In this document: in pieces, positions 50,470-61,759 of the stretch
Numbering within the stretch: position 1 is the stretch's first letter
Layout of the letters: the number at the start of each line of letters is the position of its first letter
NCBI RefSeq assembly: GCF_035594765.1
Contig: NC_085846.1
Coordinates: 10,217,190-10,281,189 of the forward strand
DNA: 64,000 nucleotides
Direction: 5' to 3'
From: Anolis carolinensis
Lineage: Eukaryota
Position numbers and translations under genes: made by a program
Notes under the pieces: model-generated
The model's input: the letters and a program-made list of their open reading frames with translations, nothing else
What the model was told of the DNA's origin: nothing
The model's database searches: none

Positions 50470-51822
50470 ATGGCACCAAGAAAAATGCCCAGAAAAAAGG
50501 TGGCTGCTGGGAAGGAAACGGCGCCTGCGTGGACAAGGTCTTCCAGGAGCCAGGCGACAGCGGCCCAAGGAGCAGGAGCGAAAGTGGCGGGGAAAAACCC
50601 GGCATGCAAGGCGGCAGCCAAGCGGGCAGGGCAGCAGGAGGCTGTGGTCCTAGAGGGTATCTCCCAGAACCTTGCCCGCCTGGTTGACAGGATGGGCAAA
50701 CCCGAGTCTAAGGTTTATCGCAGGGCAGAGAGGACACCAACACCGCAACCGAGGGAGGAGCAGAGAGGCAGAAGGCATACAAGAGACAGGGAGATTTCCA
50801 TTACACCTTCACCCAGTCCGGGATCCAGCGCCGACGAGTCACTAGCTACGGTTGAGCGGGAGGTTCGGAGCAGCGGGGGGACTCGCAAGAAAACACGCAG
50901 GTCTTCCAGGCATTGCTGTCAGCAAGGGACCGACAGCGACTCCGCTGAGAGTGAGTATGCCCGCGTTGACCTAGTTGACAGAGACAACTATTGGAGGACA
51001 GCGGCCCTTGTGCCGGGACTCCCTGAATGGGCCATTAGGGATAGAACAGAGACAGCATCTGCTCTAGGGGCTCCCTGTGGCGCATGGGGAAAACGAAAAA
51101 CCCCTACCCCGGTGCTACCAGGTCCCTTCCAGGACAACGAAGACCCCCCTGGGTCGCACCTTTCACCACGCATCATCAGCAGGATACTAAAAGGCTACTA
51201 TGTGGACATTTTTTCTCTCATAAAACCTGAGGGTGAGGAAGGCAGGGAGCCCCCATCCAAGGGCAGGCGCCGTAAAAGTGATAAGGACAGGCCAGCAGAG
51301 CAAACCTTCATTAACTGGATGGCCGGTTTCTCTGAATATCTAGGTGTAGTGGCTACATCCTTCCCTGATTGGGCTTGGCATCTCGCCAACCATCAAAAAA
51401 ATGTCGTCAAAGCTAGGAGGCTAGCAGGCGAAGCGGCAGCCATTGCTTACGATATTGCCTTCAGGCAGAGCACTTCCCAGAGTGCCAGGGTTAGATGGGA
51501 CCTTAAGAATCACGACATATGGCTCACGGAGGTCGGGCCTAGCATCAAGAGCAAATTAGATGCTGGGAGGTCTGATCGTTCATGGGGTAGAAGGGATGCC
51601 AGGCGGGCCATATGCTGGGAATTCAACTTAGGAAAATGCCAGCGGGCACATTGCCGTTTTGACCACGTGTGCGAATACTGCACAGGGAACCACACCAAGA
51701 TGACATGCAACAAACAAGCTGGCGGTTCGCAGCACTTTCGGACAGGCCGGGCGGGCGCCCAGCCCGGCTTTAAAAAAAAAGGAGGCGCATCCGGCGGAGG
51801 CAACTCAGGACATTCCAAGTGA
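50470..51822 (+). CDS. DIRS/Ngaro ORF1, gag-like protein with C-terminal CCCH and CCHC zinc fingers
   Basis: 450-aa ORF; CWEFNLGKCQRAHCRFDH followed by CEYCTGNHTKMTC; YVDIFSL and W..YD..FR blocks. Confidence 0.85.
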   Translation: MAPRKMPRKKVAAGKETAPAWTRSSRSQATAAQGAGAKVAGKNPACKAAAKRAGQQEAVVLEGISQNLARLVDRMGKPESKVYRRAERTPTPQPREEQRGRRHTRDREISITPSPSPGSSADESLATVEREVRSSGGTRKKTRRSSRHCCQQGTDSDSAESEYARVDLVDRDNYWRTAALVPGLPEWAIRDRTETASALGAPCGAWGKRKTPTPVLPGPFQDNEDPPGSHLSPRIISRILKGYYVDIFSLIKPEGEEGREPPSKGRRRKSDKDRPAEQTFINWMAGFSEYLGVVATSFPDWAWHLANHQKNVVKARRLAGEAAAIAYDIAFRQSTSQSARVRWDLKNHDIWLTEVGPSIKSKLDAGRSDRSWGRRDARRAICWEFNLGKCQRAHCRFDHVCEYCTGNHTKMTCNKQAGGSQHFRTGRAGAQPGFKKKGGASGGGNSGHSK

Positions 51823-51874
51823 CAGGCCTTTTGAGGCTTTTGCTCTGGCCTCGACCCCGGTTTGTCTTACCGCC

Positions 51875-53452
51875 ATGCTTCCCTGGCTAAAAGCTTACCC
51901 CCTCAAAGCAGCTGCCACATTTTTATTAGAAGGTTTTTCTTCAGGTTTTCATATACCGGCGGAAGGGCCCAGAACCACATTCACCTCGGGCAATCTCAAA
52001 TCTGCCACCCAGATGCCCGAGGTCCTTAGGAACAAAATTGTCAAAGAGCTGGAGGCCGGTAGGGTGGCTGGACCTTTTCCAGCACCGCCATTGGAGAATT
52101 TCAGAGTTTCCCCACTAGGAGTGGTGCCCAAGAAGGCGCCGGGCGAGTACCGCCTCATACACCACTTATCTTACCCAAAAGGCTCGTCGGTAAACGATGC
52201 TATCCCTCCTGAACTCTGTTCAGTAAAATACGCCTCTTTTGACCAGGAGGTCAACCTAGTACGGGAAAAAGGACCACACGCACTGATGGCAAAATGCGAC
52301 ATCCAGTCAGCATTCAGACTCCTCCCGGTCAATCCAGCGGACTTCAACTTGCTGGGTTTCAAATTCCAGGACCAATGGTACTTTGACAAAGCCATGCCCA
52401 TGGGCTGTGCAGTCAGCTGTGCAGCATTTGAGACTTTTAGTTCCTTTTTGGAATGGGTAGCCAGGACATTCGCCCATTCCAGATTTATTACTCACTACCT
52501 CGATGATTTTCTTTTTGTAGGGGGCCGCGACAGTAAAGAATGTACGCATCTCCTCAGGTCATTCGTAGCCATGGCCAAGGTATTTGGCATCCCGCTGGCA
52601 GGGGAAAAAACAGAGGGGCCTGCCACCACAATCACTTACCTAGGCATCCAGCTGGACTCCGTCAGGGGAGTGTCCCAGCTGCCCGCGGATAAGCTCTCCC
52701 GGCTGGGAGACTTGGTCCGCGAGGCCTTACACAGGAAGAAAATCACCCTTAGGGAACTCCAGGCCATTTTGGGCCACCTCAACTTCGCCTGCAAAGTTGT
52801 GTCACCGGGGAGGCCATTTTGTGCCCATTTGGCCAGGGCCACGGCGGGGATCAGCGCCCCACATCATAGAATCAGGGTGACGCTAGGTATGCGGGAGGAC
52901 CTCAAGGTTTGGCTGGATTTCCTTGGCAGGTTCAATGGTGTGTCCATATGGCAGGACAGATAGGAGCCTGAGGAAGAACTTCAGGTAAATTCGGATGCTG
53001 CAGGGAGCTGCGGTTTTGGAGTTTTCCTGCAGGGACACTGGTGCGCATCCAGGTGGCCGGATAGCTGGCGAGAGGGCGATATACTGCGGGACCTTACTTT
53101 TCTGGAGTTTTTCCCAATACTAGTGGCGGTCAGGACCTGGACAGACATGTTAAAGGATAAGAGGGTGCGTTTTTGGTGCGATAATCAGGCGGTGGTCAAG
53201 GTCATTAACAAGCAAACATCCAGGTCAACCAGGGTCATGAGACTTGTAAGACAGTTTGTGCTAACTTGTTTGGAAGCTAACATTACTTTTACAGCTCAAT
53301 ATATTCCAGGTGTTGTCAATGAAGTAGCGGATGCATTGTCCCATTTCCAGGACGACAGGTTTCGATCATTAGCACCAGAGGCAGACCTCCAGCCCACCGT
53401 TTTTCCACAGGAGCTGTGGACCCTTGGAGAGGAGAGGCATGGGCGGAGCTGA
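51875..53452 (+). pseudogene. DIRS/Ngaro ORF2, reverse transcriptase + RNase H, interrupted by one in-frame TAG (52961-63)
   Basis: SPLGVVPKK, KCDIQSAFR, MPMG, YLDDFL; the same frame resumes with SDAAG..LEFFPI..WCDN..NEVADALS (RNase H). Confidence 0.92.
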
Positions 53453-54480
53453 TGCTAACCATTGCCCCAGCAACTAGGAAAGCTTATCGCGCAGCGGTGG
53501 CCAAGTTTACCAAGTTTAAATTGGAGTCGGGCTATGGCAACAAGTGGCCAACCAACGAGGACGAAGTGCTGCACTTCATCATTCACCAAAAGAGGTCCAA
53601 CGTGTCGGCACATGCCATGAGGCGTCACCTGGCGGGGATCACCTTCTACAGCAGGGCGGCTGGCTGGAGCGACCCATGCAACGAATACAGAATTAGAAAG
53701 CTCTTAAGAGGATGGAGCAAGCAAACACCTAGGCAGCGGGACAGCAGATGCCCCCTCTCCTACAATACCCTAAGCAGAATCGTCGCATCGCTCAACAGGA
53801 TCTGCGCTTCCCGTTATGAGGTGAAGCTATTTTCCGCAGCCTTTACTACAGCCTTTTTTGGGGCCCTGCGACTTGGGGAGGTGGTGTCCAACTCCAAGCA
53901 TGATAGGTCGGGTAGGGCACTCCAGCTCAGGGACGTTGCAGTCAGGCACAACTCAGTGGTCATTCGGGTCAGACAGTCCAAGACGGACCAAGGGGGGAAG
54001 GGGGCATCCCTCAACATTCAAGGCCTAGAACCGGGTCGAGTGTGCCCAGTCCGGGCTCTCTCCAAGTTTTTAGCGGCACGCAGCAAGTCCCTGGGTGCGC
54101 TTTTCATCCATCGGAACCGAACCCTCCTGACCAGGTACCAATTCATGGCTATATTCCGCAGCGCAATGCGGGAACTGGGTCTCCCTGCCGCAGAATACGG
54201 GGGACATTCATTCAGGATAGGGGCGGCCACCACCACAGCCGTAGGTGGGCTGCCGGAAAATGTCATCAAAGCAATGGGGAGGTGGAAATCAGCGGCTTAC
54301 ACCACTTACATCAGGCCCAGCCTTCTCCTAGAGGCTGCGGGGTCTGCCGGCTCCTCTCCTTCCCTGCAGGTATGCCACCGTGAAAGGAGGAAGGAGGCTA
54401 GCGAATGGCGAGGAGCGGGGACCGACAACAACCGGGTGAAAGGAACTTCACGGCGCAAAGGTGTTCAGAAAGCTGTCTAG
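53416..54480 (+). CDS. DIRS/Ngaro ORF3, tyrosine recombinase
   Basis: Catalytic R (GALRLGE), K (SKTDQ), HxxR (GHSFRIG), W (GRWKS) and Y (YTTYIR) all present; overlaps the RNase H end. Confidence 0.93.
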   Translation: MDPWRGEAWAELMLTIAPATRKAYRAAVAKFTKFKLESGYGNKWPTNEDEVLHFIIHQKRSNVSAHAMRRHLAGITFYSRAAGWSDPCNEYRIRKLLRGWSKQTPRQRDSRCPLSYNTLSRIVASLNRICASRYEVKLFSAAFTTAFFGALRLGEVVSNSKHDRSGRALQLRDVAVRHNSVVIRVRQSKTDQGGKGASLNIQGLEPGRVCPVRALSKFLAARSKSLGALFIHRNRTLLTRYQFMAIFRSAMRELGLPAAEYGGHSFRIGAATTTAVGGLPENVIKAMGRWKSAAYTTYIRPSLLLEAAGSAGSSPSLQVCHRERRKEASEWRGAGTDNNRVKGTSRRKGVQKAV

Positions 54481-55273
54481 CCGGCCTGGAAGGGATACTT
54501 CGTACTCGAATTCCATCAGAAGCGACATGGTCGCAGAATAGGACTCAGCATCGTGTCCTGGGCACACAGTTGCAATTATTGTTTGGAATTTTGATTTTGT
54601 TGGTTACGGAAGGTAGGGTTGGCGGCAAGGAGAGTGGGGATCACACCCTCCTTTTTGTGGCGTCTAGCATGGGCCCGGGATCAGCTATGCTTACTCCCCC
54701 CCCCTCATTGGCAGGAGGGGGGAATATCATTGCGTCCTGTGGGCGGCGCTTTGGTACCGATTACCGGGCTGGTATCGGTTGTGCCTTAGTTTTGCTTCAT
54801 GATCAAGCAGCACCGGGCTGACCGATCGATGATCCAGGACCCATGCGTGGTTGCCAACCCTTGTTCCTGTAACCAATAAATTGTTGTGGCCTTGTTATAC
54901 CCAAAAACATGTGTAGTGTGGTTTTTATGTTAGTACACCAAAGGCGGGACCAGGTCGCCCATGCCCAAGCAAAAGCCAAGATATATATTCTTTGCTAACT
55001 GCGCATATGTTGTGACGGCCATTTGCATGGTACGGACCCATTAGACTGGGTGCCTATGGCTGTTCGCCTTATCATTAGCTGTGATAACAGTAAAAGGCTT
55101 GTTTTATTGCTCTCTTGGAATTTCTCTCCTTTACTTCCCCTCCGGGCCAGTCTCCAACAGTTGTAGATCATCACATCAAAAAGTTAAAAATTAAGCAACA
55201 AGAAACAGATTTTCAAGATGGAATTTGGGAGGCACCAAAAATGTGAGACTCTCAAAATCATCATGATCATCAT

Positions 55274-55824
55274 AGGAGTCACGGTGGCGTAATGGATTAA
55301 ATAATAATAATAAATAATAATAAAACTTTATTTATACCCCGCCACCATCTCCCCGACGGGGACTTGTGGCAGCTTACATGGGGCCATGCCCAGGACAATA
55401 CAATATAACAAGATACAAAACAACATATCATAATACAATTAATACAATAGATAATAATGTACAGTACAACACAAAGTCAAGAAAGCAATATCACAAGGGC
55501 GGGCCGCATGAACACTAAGATAAAACTCGGGGTGAGAAAGGGATAAGAATAAAAACTTCGGGGAACAGGGACACCCTTAACCCTTTTTACCAGTTGAACT
55601 GCTGACCTGAAGGTTGGGTTGTGACCTGAAGGTTGTCAGTTGGAATCTGCGAGATGGTGTGAGCTCCTATCTGTCAGCTCTAGCTTGTGGGGACATGAGA
55701 GAAGCCTCCCAGCAAGATGGTATCACATCTGGGCACCCTCTGGGCAACATCTCTATGGAAGGCCAATTCTCTCACACCAGAAGCGACTTGTAGTATGTTC
55801 TCAAGTCACTTCTGACACCATTTT
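55274..55824 (+). mobile_element. tRNA-derived SINE (AnolisSINE2-like) split by an inserted retroposon tail (about 55300-55575)
   Basis: Head GGAGTCACGGTGGCGTAATGG; body resumes at about 55577 and matches the 26433 copy. Confidence 0.6.
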
Positions 55825-56671
55825 AAAAATCATCATCATCATCATCTTGAAGATTATTTCACCCAGAAGTACTAACTAGAAAATATAAGTCGGTGGAAAG
55901 TCAGTCAGAAGTATTTTAATTTTCATACTTTTAGGCTTGGTTATGCAACATGGCAGAGGGAATTAACCTAAGGCATTGGCCACAACTCAAGGTGTGAAAT
56001 AAATGAAGAAAGATGCAAATGTCTAAGGGTGGCACTCTCCTGAAGATATTTCATTTTCACGCAAACAGTAAAAATTCATAGTTTAAGTATAGGGATGGAC
56101 TTTTTAAAAAAGAGAGAGAATCTATCACCAGAAACATTGATATGACTTTTTCAAATGGAATACAAATGCTAACAAAAGTCAAAATATTGCCAACAACAAT
56201 TTATTTAATGAGAAAGGTCAAGGAGAAGAAAGCAACGGGAACAATTCAAATAATGATATGATTTCAGTCTAAAAAAGAAAACAGGATAGAGTACAATAAA
56301 TAGCTATCCATGTAAGGTCTCAGGACTCTTGGCTGATGCGCAGCCCATGGCAGCTGTAGACCTCATCCTGCTATAAGTTCTTTTTGAATAATGGCTATGA
56401 GCTGAGTATTAATGAAGTTCTGGCCTTCACTATTTTGTCCAGTTGGTAAATCAAGACCAGTTTGGAGGATAAGTGCTCCTGACTGGTCCCAGAGGCAGCC
56501 ACACACACTCTCCTGAACCCACTGTGATGGCAGGTTGGAGATAACAACAACAACAACAACAACAACAACAACTTTATTTTTATACCCCACCAATGAGCAT
56601 GTGTCCATCTATTCACATAAATACATATGTGTTTGGTCTACATTGAAACAGATATACACTTGGTTTACACT

Positions 56672-57004
56672 CATAGGCGGTTCAACCACCAGGCCAACTA
56701 GGCAGTTGCCTGTGGTGCCATCTTGTTGGGGGGCGCCATCGAGGCAACTCCTGTCTCCTGCGGCCTGCCTCCGCAAGGTACTGAATTGCTTTTTCTGTTG
56801 ATTTGTTGTAAAACATGATGTTTTAGCGCTTAATTTTAAAAATCTTAATGTAATTTGATGTTTAATAGGCTTTTCCTTAATCCCTCCTTATTATCAAACA
56901 TTTTCGCTTATCCAACACTTTTATTTTTCAGTGATTGGTTTGGGGGGGGGGGGGTGCCAAAATTCTGTTTGCCTACACTTGAAAAATACCTAGGGGCGGC
57001 TCTG
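56672..57004. mobile_element. hAT MITE
   Basis: 8-bp TSD TTTACACT/TTTGCACT; right part nearly identical to the 10499-10786 element. Confidence 0.8.
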
Positions 57005-57646
57005 TTTGCACTCTAGATTTACAAGGATTCTTATACTTAATTACAAATTATTTATAAACATAGGTAAACACTCACAATTGGGACTTTTGTATATGTTGTG
57101 TGTTAGGATGAGAGTATAGCGGAACCAGCAGCGTCCAGTTAACACCATGTGCAAAGAAACTCACACCAGGCAGAGGAATTGAAAGAACAAAGGAACTTTA
57201 CTCTTGCTTGTTGAGTTGAAATATAAAACAGTTCTGTAATCATACGATGTCCATGTAGTTGCATAAGATCAATAACTAATCAATCAGCATTCAATATATC
57301 CAGCATAGCATATTCAAACTGCTACTTGACCGTAGCTAGAGAGCCTGTCTTTTCTGTGCTCTCCCTGGAAGCCCAGATTCCCAACTGAAAAAACCCAGCC
57401 ATCTGCCAGCATACCGATACATTGTTTGAGGCGTGGCTTGCCTCTGCAAAAGCTTAGCTCCCTTTTTTAAAAGAGATCTTTTGCAAACAACTTTGCAAGG
57501 ATTTCTTTACACACACACACACATAGCAATTTGGCGCAATATTGTGTAAGTAATATTCACTGTAATGAAATCAGTTGTTTAATCCCAACTAGAGCAGACC
57601 TATTGAATCAATTGTTGAATAGTGAGTCAAAGATATGTGAATCTCA

Positions 57647-57795
57647 GGGTCCTTCTATACAGCCATATAACCCAGAATATTAAGGCAGATAATCCACATT
57701 ATCTGCTTTGAACTGGGTTATCTGAGTCCACATTGTCATATATTCCAATTCAAAGAAGATAATGTGGGATTTTATTCAGCTGTGTGGAAGGGCCC
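57647..57795. mobile_element. PIF/Harbinger-like MITE
   Basis: TIRs GGGTCCTTC / GAAGGGCCC; TSD TCA. Confidence 0.75.
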
Positions 57796-57870
57796 TCACT
57801 GATGCAATGCTTGCACTAACAGTAAAATTCAGTCAAAATACATTTCCTATTTTACGTGAAGCTATCTATA

Positions 57871-58191
57871 GGGTAAAGTTTTTACCCTGACATTAAGTCT
57901 AGTCTATCTAACTCTGGGGGCTGGTGCTCATCTCCATTTCTAAGCCAAAGAGCTTAGTCCATAGATGCCTCCAAGATCATGAGGTTGGCATGACTGCATG
58001 GAGCGCCATTACCTTCCTGCCCAAGCGGTACCTATTGATCTTTTCATAATTGCATGTTTTTGAACTGCTAGGTCGGCAGAAGCTGGAGCTAACAGAGGGA
58101 GCTCACCCAGCTTCCCAGATTCGAACTGCTGATCTTTTGGTCAGCAAGTTCAGCAGCTCAGCGGTTTAACCTGCTACACCACCGAGGGTTT
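57871..58191 (-). mobile_element. Sauria SINE (older copy)
   Basis: Matches the 38017-38347 copy. Confidence 0.8.
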
Positions 58192-60610
58192 CCTGGAGCT
58201 ATCTACGAGGGTTGAATGAAAAGTAATGCCTCAACCTTCGTAACTCCTCAACAGATGGTATGCCGCAGGTACTGGCTTGTTCAGTAGACTCTCCTCTACA
58301 GTTCCATTTGGTGGGAAGCCTTAGAATTGAATGGTTGTGTTGTTTTAAAATAATTTCCCCCTTTTTATTTAAATTATAGAAAGTACAACTGCCCAGTAAC
58401 AATTTATATAAATGTGATTCTACTTTAGGTTTTAGCATTTTGTGAGATTTTGGACTTCTTCTAAAATGAAGTTTCCCCTTTCAAACAAATAATAAAGAGG
58501 AATGGGTGGAGAAAACACTTGTATGATGATTCAGAATGATTTTGGTAGAAATAGTAAGGGTGAAGGGTTTGGTAATATTATGTGATTTCATTTCAAGTGC
58601 AATGGGACAGTACTGTATGGTAAAAAGACCCCCCAACCCGGCTATCTGCAGCGTATGGTGCCAAATACGTGGTACAAACCTTCACAATTGATGCTAGGTC
58701 AGGTGGATTGTTCATGAGAGAGATGAGCCTTCTCAATGATTATCAACACTTTCCCTTCTCATCTCTGATTTATGGGGACTTTATCATAGGTTTTCATGGC
58801 CATACCTCCCTCTGCATTAGCTAACAGGACATGTTATTCCCTGACACTTTCCCTCCCATATGCTAACCAGACATCCCCTCACTTTGTTTCTGAAAACAAA
58901 CAAGATAAAGAATATAGTATTTGTACTTTTACCTTCTCATCACCTTCTCAAGCTTACAGGTACTTGGCAGTTTATCAATTGGATCTAATGAATTTGCACC
59001 GCTGCTATGAAATGCTGGGCTAATTTGCAATAAAAAAAGAAATAATTAAACTTTTGATTAAGTATGACGGAGAGTCCACTCAGTATGCATTACTGGACAT
59101 GGAAGGGTGTTCTAAGTGGTGTTGATTTGAGCCCTCACTCAGATGCTTTTTCCAACATTTTTTCTAAAGTTAAAGTTAGAATTGTTCTCTAGAAGGTGGG
59201 GTACAGAATAGAAAAATGGTTGCGATTCAGGGCTGTTTCTTTGAACTGTGATAATTTTTGCACTATTTTGCTTTCTGACCGTTTGTAAAATCATGGTGTC
59301 AGCATATGAAACTTTAAACCTACTAGAACATGGCCATATAGCCCGGAAAACACACAACAACCCAAGCTTTAAACAGCTTGGGCCTAGAATACTTGAGACT
59401 AAATTTTAAAATTTATTTACTTCATTTATACCTTGCCTTTCTCACGCCATAGGGGACTCAAGATGGCTTACAACTCCGGCAAGATTCAATGCCACTTAAA
59501 ACATAGTAATAAAACACATCTCATCAACTAAAACCAATTAAAACAGTTGTGCAAACAATACACATAGAACGGATTAAAATATATAAAGTGCATAATTCCA
59601 TTCATCTATAATCTTTGCTCATAATCCTTATTCAGACTGTGTTGAAATCCGTAATAACTTAGTTTCTCCCTTTGTCCTTGTACCAAATACACAATTTGAG
59701 TAGTCTTTTGATTGCATCAAGTCTGTCTCTTTGACCCTTTTGCCGGTTGATGTTAGGCATGACCATGATTTCCTTTGCATTGAAGGCTCCTAAAATAGTT
59801 TTATTAAAAGCAGCCATAAATAGGATCCAGTCATGGTTTCTTTGCTGAAATTGTTTAATACTTTGGGATGAGAAGAGGCATTTTATTGCTGTACCCTGTG
59901 CAGGAATTTATTTTCTATAATGTGCTTTTTACTGTAAATTAAAAGAACGTTTCAGAAAATTTGCAATGTTTTTTTTAGTGTTCTTGCAAACCACTATGTC
60001 CGCCATATGCAATTTTGTAGAAAAATCCATCCTCTTTTTCCTCCTGATTTCTTTCTTGAGACTTTATCAGGTTGTGGGTACTTTTGAATCTTCCTTCCCT
60101 ACACTGAAAGGCAAGGAAAGCGGTACAGAACTTCTGATATAGGTGACTTTTGATTCAGGAGGCTAAAACTGATGCAGATTTAGTAATGCACAGAATAAAC
60201 TTTATGGAATCAATAGGAATTCAGGTACTAAAATAAAGGAAATCATGCCTTAGCAAAATCCCATTGATTGGCATGGGTCTACTCGAGCATTACTAAAACT
60301 AGATTCAGCTCTGTGATTCTGTATGTGAAACATGTTTTTGTCTGGAATAGCCATGAAGAACCTATAATTCTGATAGATGATTACCACCGTAGCAATTTTC
60401 AAATTATTCAGGACTATGTTGACGTCTTCTCAAGGCCCCTAAGGAATTCTAGACGCCACTAGCAGAACAAGGAAATCAATATTGAAACTGCTCTTAATAT
60501 TCTCAGTGCCTGGAGATTTCTAACTGCAGAGCTCTGTCAACCCAGTTCCCTCCTGTATTTTCGACTGTTATCAGCCTGTGTTTCAGAAGTGATTGACTGT
60601 GTTGCAAAAG

Positions 60611-60867
60611 ATGGATTATTTCTCCGAACATCTGTTTTCTTCAAAGGTGATGGTGTTTCTGGCTTTGGTTTTGGTGCTGCTCCCAGTGAGTGTATGCAGC
60701 ATTCTTCCTGATCTTGAATGTGCCATCAGCAAGCCTCTACCCATTCTTCATGATTATTACTATGCAGGGGACCTGATTGTTCCTGTAGTTATTTCTCAAA
60801 TACTCATCATTTATGAAGACAGAGATTTCACAAAAGATCCTAATCTGCTATCCGTTGAGTACCTCTC
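60611..60867 (+). CDS. V2R gene E (partial, continues right of window), coding exon 1
   Basis: ATG at 60611; paralog of gene C exon 1; phase-2 GTAAG donor. Confidence 0.9.
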
Positions 60868-61467
60868 GTAAGCAGTTGCATGTTTTAACTGTATAATGTA
60901 TTAATTCTGTTTCACAGTTATCTTTAGCTATATCAGTTGTATTATTTTGGGAATAAAGTCATAAGGAGGAATCATGTTATCTTGACCCTCGTCTGAATTG
61001 TGTAACAATCATTTTGAACACTACTAACTGTGAGTGTATATTTACATGTGTTAGCTGCCATGTGTCAACCTCTTATCTATCTCTCTGTTAAGATCATAAT
61101 TGGGTGACAACAACAAGTCTTCCCATATCCACCACTCCATGATGTATATAATTATAGATGTATGAGTTGGAGTCCACTACTATACACAATAAAATATATT
61201 AAATGCTTGAAGTCTCATGTCTTTGCTGCAGAATACTAAAGTGATTTTTCATGCAAATGTTCACTACTGACTTCCAAAGTAATGCCTATTCTGAGGTAGT
61301 GTTTTAAGAAGCCCAAGAGCCCTTGCATGGTTTCCATTTCTGATCTCTTTCCCAAACTAGGGCTCTACAATATATCATGATGCAATGTTTTATTCAGCAT
61401 ATTATGAGCTATTGTTTTTTTTAGTGATGCAGATAATTTGTAGTGTGGCATATAATTCTCATTACAG

Positions 61468-61759
61468 AGGGATTCCTCAGTTTTACCAGCACATCCTGGC
61501 CTTGGTGTTTGCTGTAAAGGAGATAAATGAGAATCCCCAGATCTTACCTAATGTCACTGTGGGCTTCCACATCTACAATAATAATTTTTATCCAAGTTGG
61601 ACCTATCTAGCCACAATGAAGCTTCTCTCAACTCGAGATAGATTTGTCCCTAACTTCAAATGTGATGCCCAAAAGATCTTGCCAGCAGTCATTGCAGGAC
61701 CCAACTCTAACATATGCTCCCACATGGCATGCATCCTGGGCATCTACAAAATTGCTCAG
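61468..61759 (+). CDS. V2R gene E, coding exon 2
   Basis: 292 bp, TACAG acceptor and GTAAG donor, V2R exon-2 motifs. Confidence 0.96.

Larger units (their letters stand above)
49300..54969 (+). mobile_element. Tyrosine-recombinase retrotransposon (order DIRS, Ngaro-like), near full length
   Basis: GC/CpG-rich island in AT-rich host DNA; gag-like, RT/RNase H and YR ORFs in that order; AATAAA at 54875; CCAAG at both inferred junctions (boundaries are inferred). Confidence 0.9.

Noticed and set aside
53416-54480. Phage integrase or bacterial contamination
   Set aside because: The YR is coupled to a DIRS-type RT/RNase H and gag, has a poly(A) signal, and is embedded in lizard DNA
57101-57511. 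Possible reverse-strand solo LTR (TGTTAGGA...TTTACA)
   Set aside because: No convincing target-site duplication; boundaries uncertain
58770-58830. GDFIIG peptide resembling a V2R exon-1 relic
   Set aside because: No signal peptide, no matching donor and no downstream exon 2 found; probably chance
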